From: Octopus bimaculoides
Taxonomy: Eukaryota
Direction of reading: 5' to 3'
DNA: 39,519 bases
Assembly: GCF_001194135.2 (NCBI RefSeq)
Contig: NC_068984.1
Coordinates: 143,678,817 to 143,718,335, forward strand
In this document: in pieces, positions 1 to 11,202 of the stretch
How the letters are laid out: every line of letters starts with the position of its first letter
Numbering within the stretch: position 1 is the first letter of the stretch
Position numbers and translations under genes: made by a program
Notes under the pieces: generated by a model
Told to the model about the DNA's origin: nothing
The model's database searches: none
The model's input: only the letters and a program-made list of their open reading frames with translations

Positions 1-1
1 C

Positions 2-34
<33 letters not shown>

Positions 35-601
35 CATATATATATATATATACACACACACGTATACGTAGATGCATATATATGTATTTGTGTGTGTATG
101 TATGTATTATGTATGTATGTATATTATATGTGTTTGTATGTGTACGTGTGTTGCAGAGTGGGAATGTATGTATGTATGTATGTATATATGTATGTACATA
201 TGTGTGTATGCATGTATGTATGTTACGTAGCTTATGTGTACGCGCCTTAGATGCGGTATATGCAGTTGTGTGTATATGTATACGGTCTGTGCGTATAAGC
301 AAGTGCTATAGTATGCGTGTGTATATATATATATATATATATATATGCGGCTCTCAGTGAGTGTACGTGCGTATGTATGTGAGTGCGTGCGTGTGTGTGT
401 GTATGCGTATATGTATTATTATTGTCTTTCTTTGTCACCGTGTCTTTATGTGTGTGTGTGTGTGTGTGTGAGTGTGTGTGTGTGTTGGTGTGTATGTGTG
501 CTTATGTGTATGTATGAGTGTGTGTGTAGACGTATGTCAAGGCATTTCTTTCTCTCCCAACGTATACGTCTTTCTGCGTGTGTATGTGTGTATGCATTTG
601 G

Positions 602-683
<82 letters not shown>

Positions 684-829
684 GAGAAAGAGAAAGGGAG
701 ACAATGTACGTTACTGTCCCCCTTGCATGTGGGTGCATTTGTTTGTGTGTGTGTATGTGTATGTTTTTGCCGGTGTATTTCAGAGTTTAAATATCTATGC
801 GTATGCACTGTGTATGCGTGTGTTTCTTA

Positions 830-863
<34 letters not shown>
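1..863. repeat. Compound (TA)n/(TG)n/(TATG)n microsatellite field
   Basis: Direct reading; includes a pure (TG)n run at about 606-680. Confidence 0.97.
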
Positions 864-1407
864 NNNNNNNNNNNNNNNNNNNNNNNNNNNNNNNNNNNNN
901 NNNNNNNNNNNNNNNNNNNNNNNNNNNNNNNNNNNNNNNNNNNNNNNNNNNNNNNNNNNNNNNNNNNNNNNNNNNNNNNNNNNNNNNNNNNNNNNNNNNN
1001 NNNNNNNNNNNNNNNNNNNNNNNNNNNNNNNNNNNNNNNNNNNNNNNNNNNNNNNNNNNNNNNNNNNNNNNNNNNNNNNNNNNNNNNNNNNNNNNNNNNN
1101 NNNNNNNNNNNNNNNNNNNNNNNNNNNNNNNNNNNNNNNNNNNNNNNNNNNNNNNNNNNNNNNNNNNNNNNNNNNNNNNNNNNNNNNNNNNNNNNNNNNN
1201 NNNNNNNNNNNNNNNNNNNNNNNNNNNNNNNNNNNNNNNNNNNNNNNNNNNNNNNNNNNNNNNNNNNNNNNNNNNNNNNNNNNNNNNNNNNNNNNNNNNN
1301 NNNNNNNNNNNNNNNNNNNNNNNNNNNNNNNNNNNNNNNNNNNNNNNNNNNNNNNNNNNNNNNNNNNNNNNNNNNNNNNNNNNNNNNNNNNNNNNNNNNN
1401 NNNNNNN

Positions 1408-1769
1408 GGTGGTGTTGGTGGTAGTTATTTTATAGTCGGTTGTAGCGGTGATCTGAAGAGAAAGGGTGGGAGGAAAAATGAAGGGGGTAGGAGAAGGAAG
1501 AGGTGAAGGTGCAGAAGAAGGGAGGGTGAGAGGAGGAAATAGCTGTGATAAAATAAATGAGATTTTATGAAAAAAATATTACTGTGGTGGTTGTAGTAAG
1601 AGGTGATAGAGGTAGGGAGTGGTTAAGCTATTGAGAGAGAAAGAGAGAGAGAGGTAGATGGAGAGATTGTTTGAAAGAGAGTGAAAGAAAGAGTGTGTGT
1701 GAGAGAGTGAATGTCAGAGACAGGGAGGCGCAGTGAGAGTAGAGAGGTATATAGAGAGTTGAAGAGAGA

Positions 1770-1806
<37 letters not shown>

Positions 1807-1848
1807 NNNNNNNNNNNNNNNNNNNNNNNNNNNNNNNNNNNNNNGAGG

Positions 1849-1884
<36 letters not shown>

Positions 1885-2147
1885 GAGAGGGAGAGAGAGA
1901 GAGAGAGTTTGTGAGATGGACAGAGAGAATGTAACATAGAGAGTAAAAATAGGGAAAACTGAATGTATGCGTGATGGGAGAAAGAGAGACGAGAGAGAGA
2001 AAACGAGATAAAATGGCAGACATGTTTTGACAGAGAAAATGTGATCGAAATAGAGAGACAAACCTATGTAGAGAGAATAAAATTGAAAGATTGGGAGAAG
2101 GAGGAGGAGCGGTAATGACGGAGGGACAGAGAGAGATTGGAGTCGTA

Positions 2148-2189
<42 letters not shown>

Positions 2190-2576
2190 ACGAGAGAGAA
2201 ATATAGAGTGAGAGTGTGAGAGAGAGAGAGAGAGAGAGAGAGGAGACACAACACTAGGGAGAAAGGGACAGACAGACAGACAGACAGAGAAAGAGAGAGA
2301 GAGGAGGCACAACGCTAGAGAAAGAGGGGGATGAGAAGTTAGGTTTAGAGAGAGAAAGTGTGCGATAGACTGACAATGAGAGAAAAAAGAAAAAGAGTGA
2401 CCAAAACAGAGAGAGGAAGAGAGAGGAGAGGGAGAGCAGAAGGAGAGCATTATCTGAGTGAGAAGAGAGAGAGAGGGAAAACAGTGAGAGAAAGAGAGAG
2501 GGAAAACAGTGAGAGAAAGAGAGATCGAAATGCATAGAGAGGAGAGAGATCGTACCTAAAGAGATTATGTGGTTGG

Positions 2577-2621
<45 letters not shown>

Positions 2622-2645
2622 GGGGGGAGAGAGGGAGAGAGGGAG

Positions 2646-2676
<31 letters not shown>

Positions 2677-2752
2677 GGAGGTGAAATAGAGAGTAAAGGA
2701 ACTGAGAGAGAGAGATATAGGGTGTGAGAGAGAGAATGAGTTAAACAGTGAT

Positions 2753-2788
<36 letters not shown>

Positions 2789-3240
2789 AGAGAGTGCGCG
2801 CGCGCGAATTGATGTTTAAGCAGACACAGAGAGAGACCGATATAAGGGAAAGAGTAAAGAGGCAAAATAAAATAGTATGAGAGAGAGTAAAGGATAGAGA
2901 GAGGGAGAAAGAGAGAGAGAGAGAGAGAGAGCGAAAAGGAGAGATAAGTAGGAGAGAAAGGGAAGAAAAGATCAGACAGTGAGAGTGAAATATAAACAGA
3001 GAGAGAGAGAGAGAGAAAGAGAGAGATGGAGAAGGAAGAACTGAGAGTGTGAAAATGGCAAAGGAAGAATTAGAAAGAGATAAAGTGACGTAAAGAGAAT
3101 GTGAGACAAAAAGGGAGAAGGTATATGAATGAGAAAAAAGTGGAGTGAGAGGAAATAGAAACAAATTGTTAAGAAGAGGGGGGTTGAGGAGGAAGAGGAG
3201 GAAGGGGAGAAAATGGTTGAAGCAGACGAGATAGAGTGTC
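1408..3240. repeat. Purine-rich (GA)n-dominated low-complexity tract
   Basis: About 1.8 kb of GA/GAGG/GACA repeats on the + strand with embedded (TA)n and (TG)n; GAGAGAGGGAAAACAGTGAGAGAAA occurs twice in tandem at about 2469-2518. Confidence 0.95.
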
Positions 3241-3809
3241 AGCTATATATTTTGTATATATTTTAGTTCAATATTATATATTATATATTCATGTGATATT
3301 TCTTATTTATGGTTATTTATTTTAGACCGTTTATTGCACACATTGTGTTTGTGTGCATATATATACGTGTATATATAGATATATAGATATATACACATAC
3401 ATACATACCTACAGACATATGTAATATATGTATAAAGTTTTGTGTGTGTCGGTATATTTGCATGAGTGACTGCGTTATTATTATTTTTATATTTATAAAT
3501 AAATTTAATACATATATTTGTATGGGTGTGTTTATGTTTCGTCTGTGTGTTTGTGTGTTTGTATGCGTGTATGTGTGTGTGTGTTAATAACATTTTTATA
3601 TTCATGAAAGAAATATATTTCTCTGTATTTGCTTAAATAGATTTATATTGATAAATCTATTTTAGCTATGTATTATTTTGTATTCGAATATATTACGTTA
3701 TATTACTTTGTACACCAGCTCATCAATTCTAATATTGATTTTGTATTACTATACCATTTATATATCTCTAAATGTTTGTCTCCGTTAGTCTATTTAATGT
3801 GTTGAATGT

Positions 3810-4070
3810 CTGGAGTCCTTGTGGCAAATAAAGTAACTATTCGAGCCGGATCGTAAGGTCAGTGACCCTGGACGTAAACAGCTGTCTAGCTTGCAGTGCT
3901 GTCCGGCAGGTGGTCATTTATGCTCCAACAGAGCTAGAACGGCTGATTTCTCCAAACATTTTGAGGCATTCGAACGGACATAGCATTTATTAATGCTAGT
4001 GAGTGACTGGAACGGAATTGTAGACGCACGCTGGGGTTATGCGGGAGGAGATGTTAGAAAATAGGATGCA
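3810..4070 (+). pseudogene. Decayed apurinic-type endonuclease fragment of a Tx1/L1-like non-LTR retrotransposon
   Basis: Frameshifted translation VTLDVNSC..SAVRQVVIYAPT / DFSKHFEAFERT*HLLMLVSDWNGIVDARW retains the APE motifs (V/I)YAP (3919-3927) and GD(W/F)N-like SDWN (DWN at 4005-4013). Confidence 0.7.
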
Positions 4071-4094
4071 AACCTCTTTCAAATGTGCTATCGT

Positions 4095-4278
4095 TTAGCT
4101 TCAAGTCAACTCTGATCGAAATGATTTATGATCAACTAATTCCCATCCGTGACCATCCCGTCCATTTTTATCAGACAAGTGTATCGGTGACTACTTTACC
4201 CAGTCTTTATCTCCCTTTTTAAAGACAGTTATGTGTGATTTGAGGACGCTTGAGTTACTGTTTCTGGTCGATAACTGA
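4095..4278 (+). mobile_element. Unclassified interspersed repeat, family C, copy 1
   Basis: Shares CAAGTCAAC.CTGAT.GA...GAT.TATGA...CCGTGACC.TCC with the reverse complement of 31801-31975. Confidence 0.6.
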
Positions 4279-4483
4279 TTGCTAATATGTCTTGCGATTC
4301 TTATTTTCATTCTAATATTTTGCAGTTAATGTCGCCGTTCTACTTAAGATTTGTGACGTAGTCTGTGTTACTGTCATACTTACATCTGTTGCTATCATTG
4401 TTGCTCTTGTTGTTGGAGAGGTCGTCGAATTGCTGCTTTCATTCGTCGTTTTTGACGTAGTACACTCCCGGACTGCATATCTT

Positions 4484-4632
4484 CTGGTGGTGGTGGTGGT
4501 GGTGGCGGCGCGATGGTCGTAGTGGTCATGGTGGTGGTGGCGCGATGGTCGTGGTGGTGCTGGTGGTGGTGGTGGTCGTCGTCGTCGTAGTTGTTGTGGT
4601 CGTCGTAGTTGTTGTGGTCGTCGTGGTGGTAG
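4484..4632. repeat. Compound (GGT)n/(CGT)n/(GTT)n trinucleotide tract
   Basis: Direct reading. Confidence 0.9.
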
Positions 4633-4698
4633 TAGAATCTAGTCTCACAAACAGCAGTATCATTTGCAAATATAAAACAATCTTGGTATAAAACTTAC

Positions 4699-4743
4699 CA
4701 ACGGTGGCCAGACTGGCTCGTGAACCGGATGAGCCTCTCCAAG
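4699..4743 (-). CDS. Candidate 45-nt internal exon of an unidentified minus-strand gene
   Basis: Minus strand reads ttctactccttcttcccAG|CTTGGAGAGG...CCACCGTTG|GTAAGT: strong acceptor, consensus donor, length divisible by 3, open in all frames (phase-1 frame WRGSSGSRASLATV). No homology recognised. Confidence 0.45.
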
Positions 4744-4759
4744 CTGGGAAGAAGGAGTA

Positions 4760-5153
4760 GAATTTGTACCTGTAATTATAGAGGCATTAGGGTATGTAAC
4801 CAACTACCTCAATCTGTTGAGAAATTAGACTTCTCAAAACCAGAAAGGAGAAAGTTAAGTAGATTACAAACACAAGGCATCAATAGAACGGTCAAAATCT
4901 GTAAAGCTTTCCAAAAGTTCAGCATATAGGCATATATGCACATGTCTAGACGTGTAACGATATGTATGACAATATATTCATAAACGAAAATGTACAGATC
5001 TACACATGCACTGACTCCAAATACTTGCACACACACACACACACACGCATACACTGTTGAAGTTTAAATTCCAATGGAGATTTGAATCTAGGTTAGAAGC
5101 TGGCTCTTTCTTCATTCGTAAGGTATCTCGAAGAAAATACTAAACGATAGCAC
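4760..5153 (+). mobile_element. 5'-truncated R4/Dong-like (RLE-type) non-LTR retrotransposon 3' end, copy 1
   Basis: Frameshifted EFVPVIIEALGYVTNYL / QSVEKLDFSKPERRKLSRLQTQGINRTVKICKAFQKFSI* (stop 4927-4929), homologous to the C-terminus of copy 2; the 3' UTR runs into (ACAT)n at 5154. Confidence 0.75.
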
Positions 5154-5180
5154 ACATACATACATACATACATACATACA

Positions 5181-5800
5181 TACCTATGCAGCACGATGTT
5201 GTTGCTAAAACAATTTACGATGCCATCCGCAAGAAAGACTGTCGTGAAATAAACTTAGAAAATTCTTCTGTTATAGAATACATTCATAAACACCAACTCA
5301 AGGAATACTGGTGGAATATTGCCATCGAAACTTCTGTCAAATGTAAACATAACAGACCAGATATTGTTGTTTGGGACAGAGGGACAAAGATATGCGTCAT
5401 CATAGAGGTCAGCTGCCCTGCAGATATAAATGTCTCTTTGAAAATATAAACAAGAAAAGAGGATGGCTATGGACAACTTCTTTGAAACCTCCAGCTTCTA
5501 TATCCAGACTATGAATTCATATTCATACCAATAATAATTGGAGCGCTAAGTTTTGTTAGTAAATGCTTAAAGGAGAATCTGGATAAACTGGGATTTTCAG
5601 AAAGAGAAATTGACCAGTTAATTCGTACATTACAAGTCCAATCTGTGAGTGGGACATAGTAAAAATATGCAAGACTTTTCTCAAGTTCCAAATGTGAATT
5701 TTTCTGTGTTAACTACATCCCAAAGACGGAGCCTTGTATCTTTGTTGGAAACCGGCTCCCTCCTCAGCGGAAGATTTATAATAATTAAAAAATAGAAGAG
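5181..5800 (+). mobile_element. 5'-truncated R4/Dong-like non-LTR retrotransposon with restriction-like endonuclease domain, copy 2
   Basis: MQHDVVAKTIY (end of the CCHC knuckle region), HNRPDIVVWD..C.IIEVSCPAD (PD-(D/E)xK core), K...Y..L, FIPIIIGAL, ending KICKTFLKFQM* (stop 5695-5697); disrupted by in-frame stops and a frameshift; flanked by (ACAT)n on both sides. Confidence 0.88.
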
Positions 5801-5882
5801 ACATACATACATACATACATGCATACATTCAGATTACAAACATACATACATCTCTTTAAATACATACTTATATACATACATA

Positions 5883-6290
5883 TTAGTACGGTGGTGGTTG
5901 TCTATGCCTTATGCAGAGTTTGACCACCTCCTGTATCTACACCTTAGCACCATCATGGCGTCTGATGTGGATTTTTAAACCAGACAATGTTCTGGAAAGA
6001 CACCCACACAGATTCCACCTCTGATTTGGACTACCAAGAGCTGCAGATAAGTTCTGCTCTTTTGAGGCCTCCGTTAGATTTGCAAACTTCCTGGCATACA
6101 TTGCATTCAAAATTGTGCACAGACATATAGGCAGAATAGTTGGTGGAGGTTCGTTTTCCAGGGATTCACAAATGAGATTTGAGGCCAGCAAAACACAGGA
6201 ATTGTCTGTCACAGACTGTGCGCACAAACAGTCATTGTCATTCGCCTTTTCGATTGTTGCTATTTTAAGTTTAAATAAAAACTATTTGTC
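5883..6290 (-). mobile_element. 3' end of an RTE-like LINE with three decayed C2H2 zinc fingers
   Basis: Minus strand gives VRTVCDRQFLCFAGLKSHL* (6166-6225), FECNVCQEVCKSNGGLKR (6058-6111) and NLCGCLSRTLSGLKIHIRRH (5955-6014), a stop at 5937-5939, a short 3' UTR, then (ATGT)n. The RTE assignment rests on the GL.SH.R.H-type C-terminus and is an inference. Confidence 0.6.
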
Positions 6291-6526
6291 TTTAAATTGA
6301 AAGATTACCCCATATTTTTGTAGAGAGAGCTGAGAAGGCGAACGACACCGCCATCTTTATATTGACAAATAACTACTTCTTTCCCACAGAAATTTTAAAA
6401 AGCATTGTTCTTTTTTTGCTTTTTTGTTTGTTTTTTTTTGTTTTCTTTGTTGTATTTTCCGTCTTTTCATGAGATGCAACAGCTATAACGAAAGAGACTT
6501 GTCAGTGCGCTTCGTGGTCCCAGTGG

Positions 6527-6576
6527 ACAAGAACTGTATTGACCGTGACTTCGAAGTTTGGGCCAGCTAAGCCATC
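6527..6576 (+). mobile_element. Family D repeat, short terminal fragment
   Basis: TGACCGTGACTTCGAAGTTTGGGCCAGCTAAGCCATC matches the reverse complement of the ends of 18843-19060 and 36874-37100. Confidence 0.6.
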
Positions 6577-6932
6577 ATCAGATTGTCATACATACATATA
6601 TACGTATGTGTGTATATGTATATTTTGTTAATATCTTTTTAAAGAAATATGTTATGTTAGCGCTCTTGAACGCAAAAAAAGAATATGGTTTTTCTTATCA
6701 AACAACTCGGCCACCCCAGATCAATGCAGTGACCCTTCAGGGACAATACAGTACAAGTCGATACGAAGAACTTGGTCAATATTACTGACATAATCATTTA
6801 TCAATAGAATTCAAATCTGTTCGCTATGTAATTTCAACATCAGCAGACATCAGACCCGGATACATACATGAATGTCTTTGAAATTTTTATATGTTTCATG
6901 ACGCATTTATATATTTGTTTAGATTTTCTTTT

Positions 6933-7045
6933 TTACATTCTGAGTTCAAATGCCGTCAGAGACGACTTTACCTTTCATCTTTCTAGGGTCGATGAAATAA
7001 ATTATCAGTCAAGGAATAATGATCGATACACTAAAGCGACCCCCA
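6933..7045 (+). mobile_element. SINE family B fragment (B-box plus central domain), diverged
   Basis: TTCTGAGTTCAAATGCCGTCAGAGACGACTTTACCTTTCATCTTTCTAGGGTCGATGAAATAA aligns to the family B copies at 25797-26058 and 28543-28764. Confidence 0.7.
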
Positions 7046-7069
7046 ATGATTAAATATTTACCAATTTTC

Positions 7070-7845
7070 TTCTTATTCTCTCTCTCTCTCTCTCCTTCTC
7101 ATTATCTCTCTTTCTCTCTCTCTCTCACTCTCTCTCTCTCACTCTCTCTCCCTCTACTATAATACAACTGATTCTGTCTTTCTCTCTCTCATTTCTTTTA
7201 TTATACCAATGTTCTTACCATCTTTCTCTCTCTTTCAACATTTAGCTCTTTGGCTATCTTATTATTCCACTATCGTTGCGTCTATTTCAGCAACTCACTC
7301 TGCATCTATATATCATTCTCTCTGTTATTCCAGGGGTCTAACTCCCTCTCTCTACTTCAACACATAACTCTGAGTCTATCTATTATTTCGTCTGTTATTC
7401 TCGACGTTTTATATCCTTTCTCTTTGTTTTATAATCTAATTGAATCTATCATACCCTATGAATTCTTCTGAACCTGTGGATATTCTCTCTTCTGTCTTTG
7501 GACCCAATTCTCTATATATCTATCTCCATAAATATATTTCTCTCTTAAAATTAAATCACTTGGTTCACTTACTCAGAGACGCCATTGCAATGAATAAATA
7601 AATATAAAATAGTTAAGTACTGCTAGTTAAGTAATTGAAGAAATTATTAAAATTTCATTAAATTAATGTTATCTTTACCTCTCTGTATAATTAGCCACAA
7701 ATTAAATTACTTTGATTTGATATATTTACTGTATTAAAAATATTAACACTAACTTAATTACATCTTTACCTAATGTCAATAGATACTTGTGTGTATATAA
7801 ATATATATATATATATGCGTGTGTATGTGTGTGTGTACGTGTGTT

Positions 7846-7919
<74 letters not shown>

Positions 7920-7985
7920 TGTATATGTATATAAATGTATACATATATGTATATGTATATATGTGTGTGTGTACGTGTGTTTATG

Positions 7986-8016
<31 letters not shown>

Positions 8017-8293
8017 GTATATATGTATATGTATATATATGTATATATATATATACATACATATATATATATACGTATATATGCATATATACATATAGAT
8101 AGATATATTATACGAGCAGCCACACACATTGTTTAACTCAGTACACACACACGCCATCATGCACACTCCCACACCCATACAAGCACAGACAATATATGCG
8201 CGCGCGCGCATACACAGTCACACCATTCTCCCATACACACACACACTTGCACACCTTCGTTCGTCGGGGTCACCATTAACTTTACTATTGTTG

Positions 8294-8345
<52 letters not shown>
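7070..8345. repeat. (TC)n-rich tract, (TA)n/(TATG)n field and (ATT)n run
   Basis: (TC)n-rich at about 7070-7400, (TA)n field at about 7790-8100, (ATT)n at about 8295-8344. Confidence 0.9.
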
Positions 8346-8450
8346 GTCTCTCATTCAACCTCTTTTTCCAGTCATGTCGCCATGGTGGCCGTTGAACTGT
8401 GCATTTCTTTTTTTTTCTTTTTTTTTGTTCCACCATTTTTTCCCTCTTAA

Positions 8451-8591
8451 TCCTTTCTGTCGAAGAGCGTAGGCTCGAAACGTAAAGGACGTTGCCATTT
8501 TGCCCAAGCGTTAAACTAATACACCAGATTGTTTTTCCTCCACCTGTCTTCGTTTATTGTTGTCTGTAAATTTGAAATATATATATATATA
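8451..8591 (+). mobile_element. Probable Penelope-like element terminal fragment with a degenerate hammerhead-like motif
   Basis: TCCTTT-CTGTCGAA-GAGC(GTAG)GCTC-GAAA-CGT-AAAGGA, followed by about 90 nt ending in an (AT)n tail. Confidence 0.5.
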
Positions 8592-9465
8592 ATTATGATT
8601 CTGAAAAAAATTGGTATAATTTCAATTTTTAATAAATAAATGAATAAGCATCCCTTCCGTCAGTGCATCTGTGACAGAAAGTAAACATGTTGTGGTTGAG
8701 GCTGTTTTGGAACTGAGAGAGGTATGTAAAAAGAGGTATGGCCACGGATGTTAGTATCTGTTGAGGGTCTCAATTGTGGGGCAAACAGCAGACGTTCCTG
8801 TGATTACAGCATAGAGGAGAGGAAGGAGGGTTAGTTCACAGACATGTGTCACACAGGCCCACAAATCTGTGGGCATTCTCTGTTTTGTCGTCAAACAACT
8901 AAGAAGCCACCCACTGTGTAAGGGTTAAACGGGTCCCCTAACTCAAGTACAAGCTTGGAAGGATAGGAAACTAGCAGAGTAAATAAACAGGAAACCACTG
9001 GTTTAGCATTTCCAAGAAAAATCACGAATCTTCAAAATTTGACACGGAGACACGTGATCGATACCGGTTATAGGTATGGCGCATAGAGAGAGTGAGAGAG
9101 AGAGAGAGCAACAGCGAAAGAGAGAGAGGGGGACAGAGAGGGGGTGAAAGAAATTGGGAGAGAAAGAAATAAAATGTGGGAGAGAGGAAGAAGATAAGAC
9201 CGTTGTATTGTGTGAGTTGTGTTCTTTCACTGGGTTATTCACGGACATAAAATCCATTGTGTGCTCTGTGTAGTATCAATGGATTCTTCACGTACAATGT
9301 ATGCGTTATGTGTTTTGGAGCAGAGACTCAATTGTGTGAGTGAAACTTTATGGCAAAGAATTTTGTCCGTACATGGCTGTATTTTCGTGCAGAGATATAA
9401 GTCCTTGCATGTTTTTATACATATATTTTTTCTTCGCGTTTTTCTTCACCACATCTTATGATCCA

Positions 9466-9500
9466 ATTATCATCGTCATCATCATCATCATTATTATTAT

Positions 9501-9556
<56 letters not shown>

Positions 9557-9677
9557 TTATTATTATTATAGTTTCTTTTTCATTTCAATTTTGTATGTTT
9601 TTGTACTTTAAGGGTACACATTTTCAGCTTATTCCCATTTCAAAACCATTGTACATCCGTAGCCTCTTTTATTATTA

Positions 9678-9721
<44 letters not shown>

Positions 9722-10382
9722 GTTATCACCATGACGAGGAAAATCCATTAAAAACCTTCCCAACAGTCTTTTAAGAACAATGTTGGTAACATGTCCAAGA
9801 AAATGGTGGAACGACGTAAGATGCTGTCAAAATGACGACCGTTCCATTAACTACAGAATCGCCATTACCAGCAAAACTTTCTCTTGTAATCTTCTCTCTT
9901 TATTCTTAATTTGGTGACATAACGACCTACCCCCGCCTCTGCTACACCCACAAGCCATTCCTCTAACTTATCCCCCTATCTCCTGCCTTCTCTTTCTTTC
10001 TCTTTTCCCTTCCTCTTTCTCTCTCTCTCTCTCTTTCTCTCGTCCTCTCTCTATCTTCTTTATATTTCTTGTACCTTTTTCTCTCTTTTCATTTCTCCTC
10101 TTCTGCTTTTCACCTTCTCTCTATTTCTTATCATCATCATCATCATCATCATCATCATCGTTGGCATCATTTCAATGATCATAGCCCTCACGCACTTTCT
10201 AGTTTTCTCACTCTCCCTCTTATACTCTCACTCTCTCTCCCTATCTTTCCCTCTCCCAATCTTTCTCTCTCCCTCTCTCTTTCTCTCTCTCACTCACTCT
10301 CTTATCCTTTACCCCTTTACCGTCTTCTCCCTTACATTCTTATCTCGAAACAAAACACGATAAACAATTGATCTTTCATATA

Positions 10383-10430
<48 letters not shown>

Positions 10431-10694
10431 GCGACGATGATGATGATGATAATGATCGTCCATTTTTTTTATTTGACACAAGGGTGAAGGGTGAGGGGGC
10501 ATTGCAAGTGCAACTACATAAATATTTGGAGCTTTACATAGAATCGAGAAGAAAAAGAACAACAACAAGGGCAAAAATAAGACAAACATAGAGACAGACA
10601 GACAGACAGACAGACTGACAGACAGACAGATAGGTAGGTAGGTAGGTAGGTAGGTAGGTAGGTAGGTAGGTAGACAAACAGCTAGCTGGCTGGC

Positions 10695-10770
<76 letters not shown>

Positions 10771-10790
10771 CAGACGGATAGATAGATATG
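9466..10790. repeat. Trinucleotide (CAT/ATT/ACT/GAT)n and tetranucleotide (GACA/GGTA/GATA)n arrays
   Basis: Arrays at about 9466-9570, 9670-9722, 10129-10159, 10382-10452 and 10590-10790, with intervening (TC)n-rich sequence. Confidence 0.93.
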
Positions 10791-11202
10791 AAGGAAGCAG
10801 GCACGAGAGAAAAAGTAGAAATCCAATGAAAGACGGTTGGACGAATAACGGAAGAAGAGATACGAGAAAGGCAAAGAGGCAACAAAATTGAAACGTTCAC
10901 CATAAGAAGTGCAATGCGAAAGACGAGTTGTGTGACTTCATGCCAGCACTTAACTCATTAAGTCACTTCCACAGGGGACTAATGTCATCTATCACCGGTC
11001 ACGAGTTCTACCATTGACCAAATTACTTCTACTCTACAACTACTCCACCTCCTCCCACCACCCGCCCACTCTTTCCTCCACTACTTACGCTCTCTTCTTC
11101 TCCTTTTCTTTCTCTTTCCTCCATTTTCTAGCGACATTCTTCCCATTATTGTTGTCATTGCCGTTGTGATTTTGTTGTTGTTGTCATTTTAACTTTTAGG
11201 TT

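Noticed and set aside
4384-4633. Open minus-strand Pro/His/Thr-rich frame ending at a GTAAGT donor
   Set aside because: It is a trinucleotide-repeat translation with a poor acceptor; openness is expected from the repeat composition.
7825-8005. Duplicated ATGTGTGTGTGTACGTGTGTTTATG(TA)n
   Set aside because: A short duplication within a microsatellite field, explained by slippage or assembly overlap.
8664-8721. Possible plus-strand 58-nt exon (ASVTESKHVVVEAVLELRE)
   Set aside because: Weak acceptor, no recognisable homology, and chance-level for a 40-kb window.
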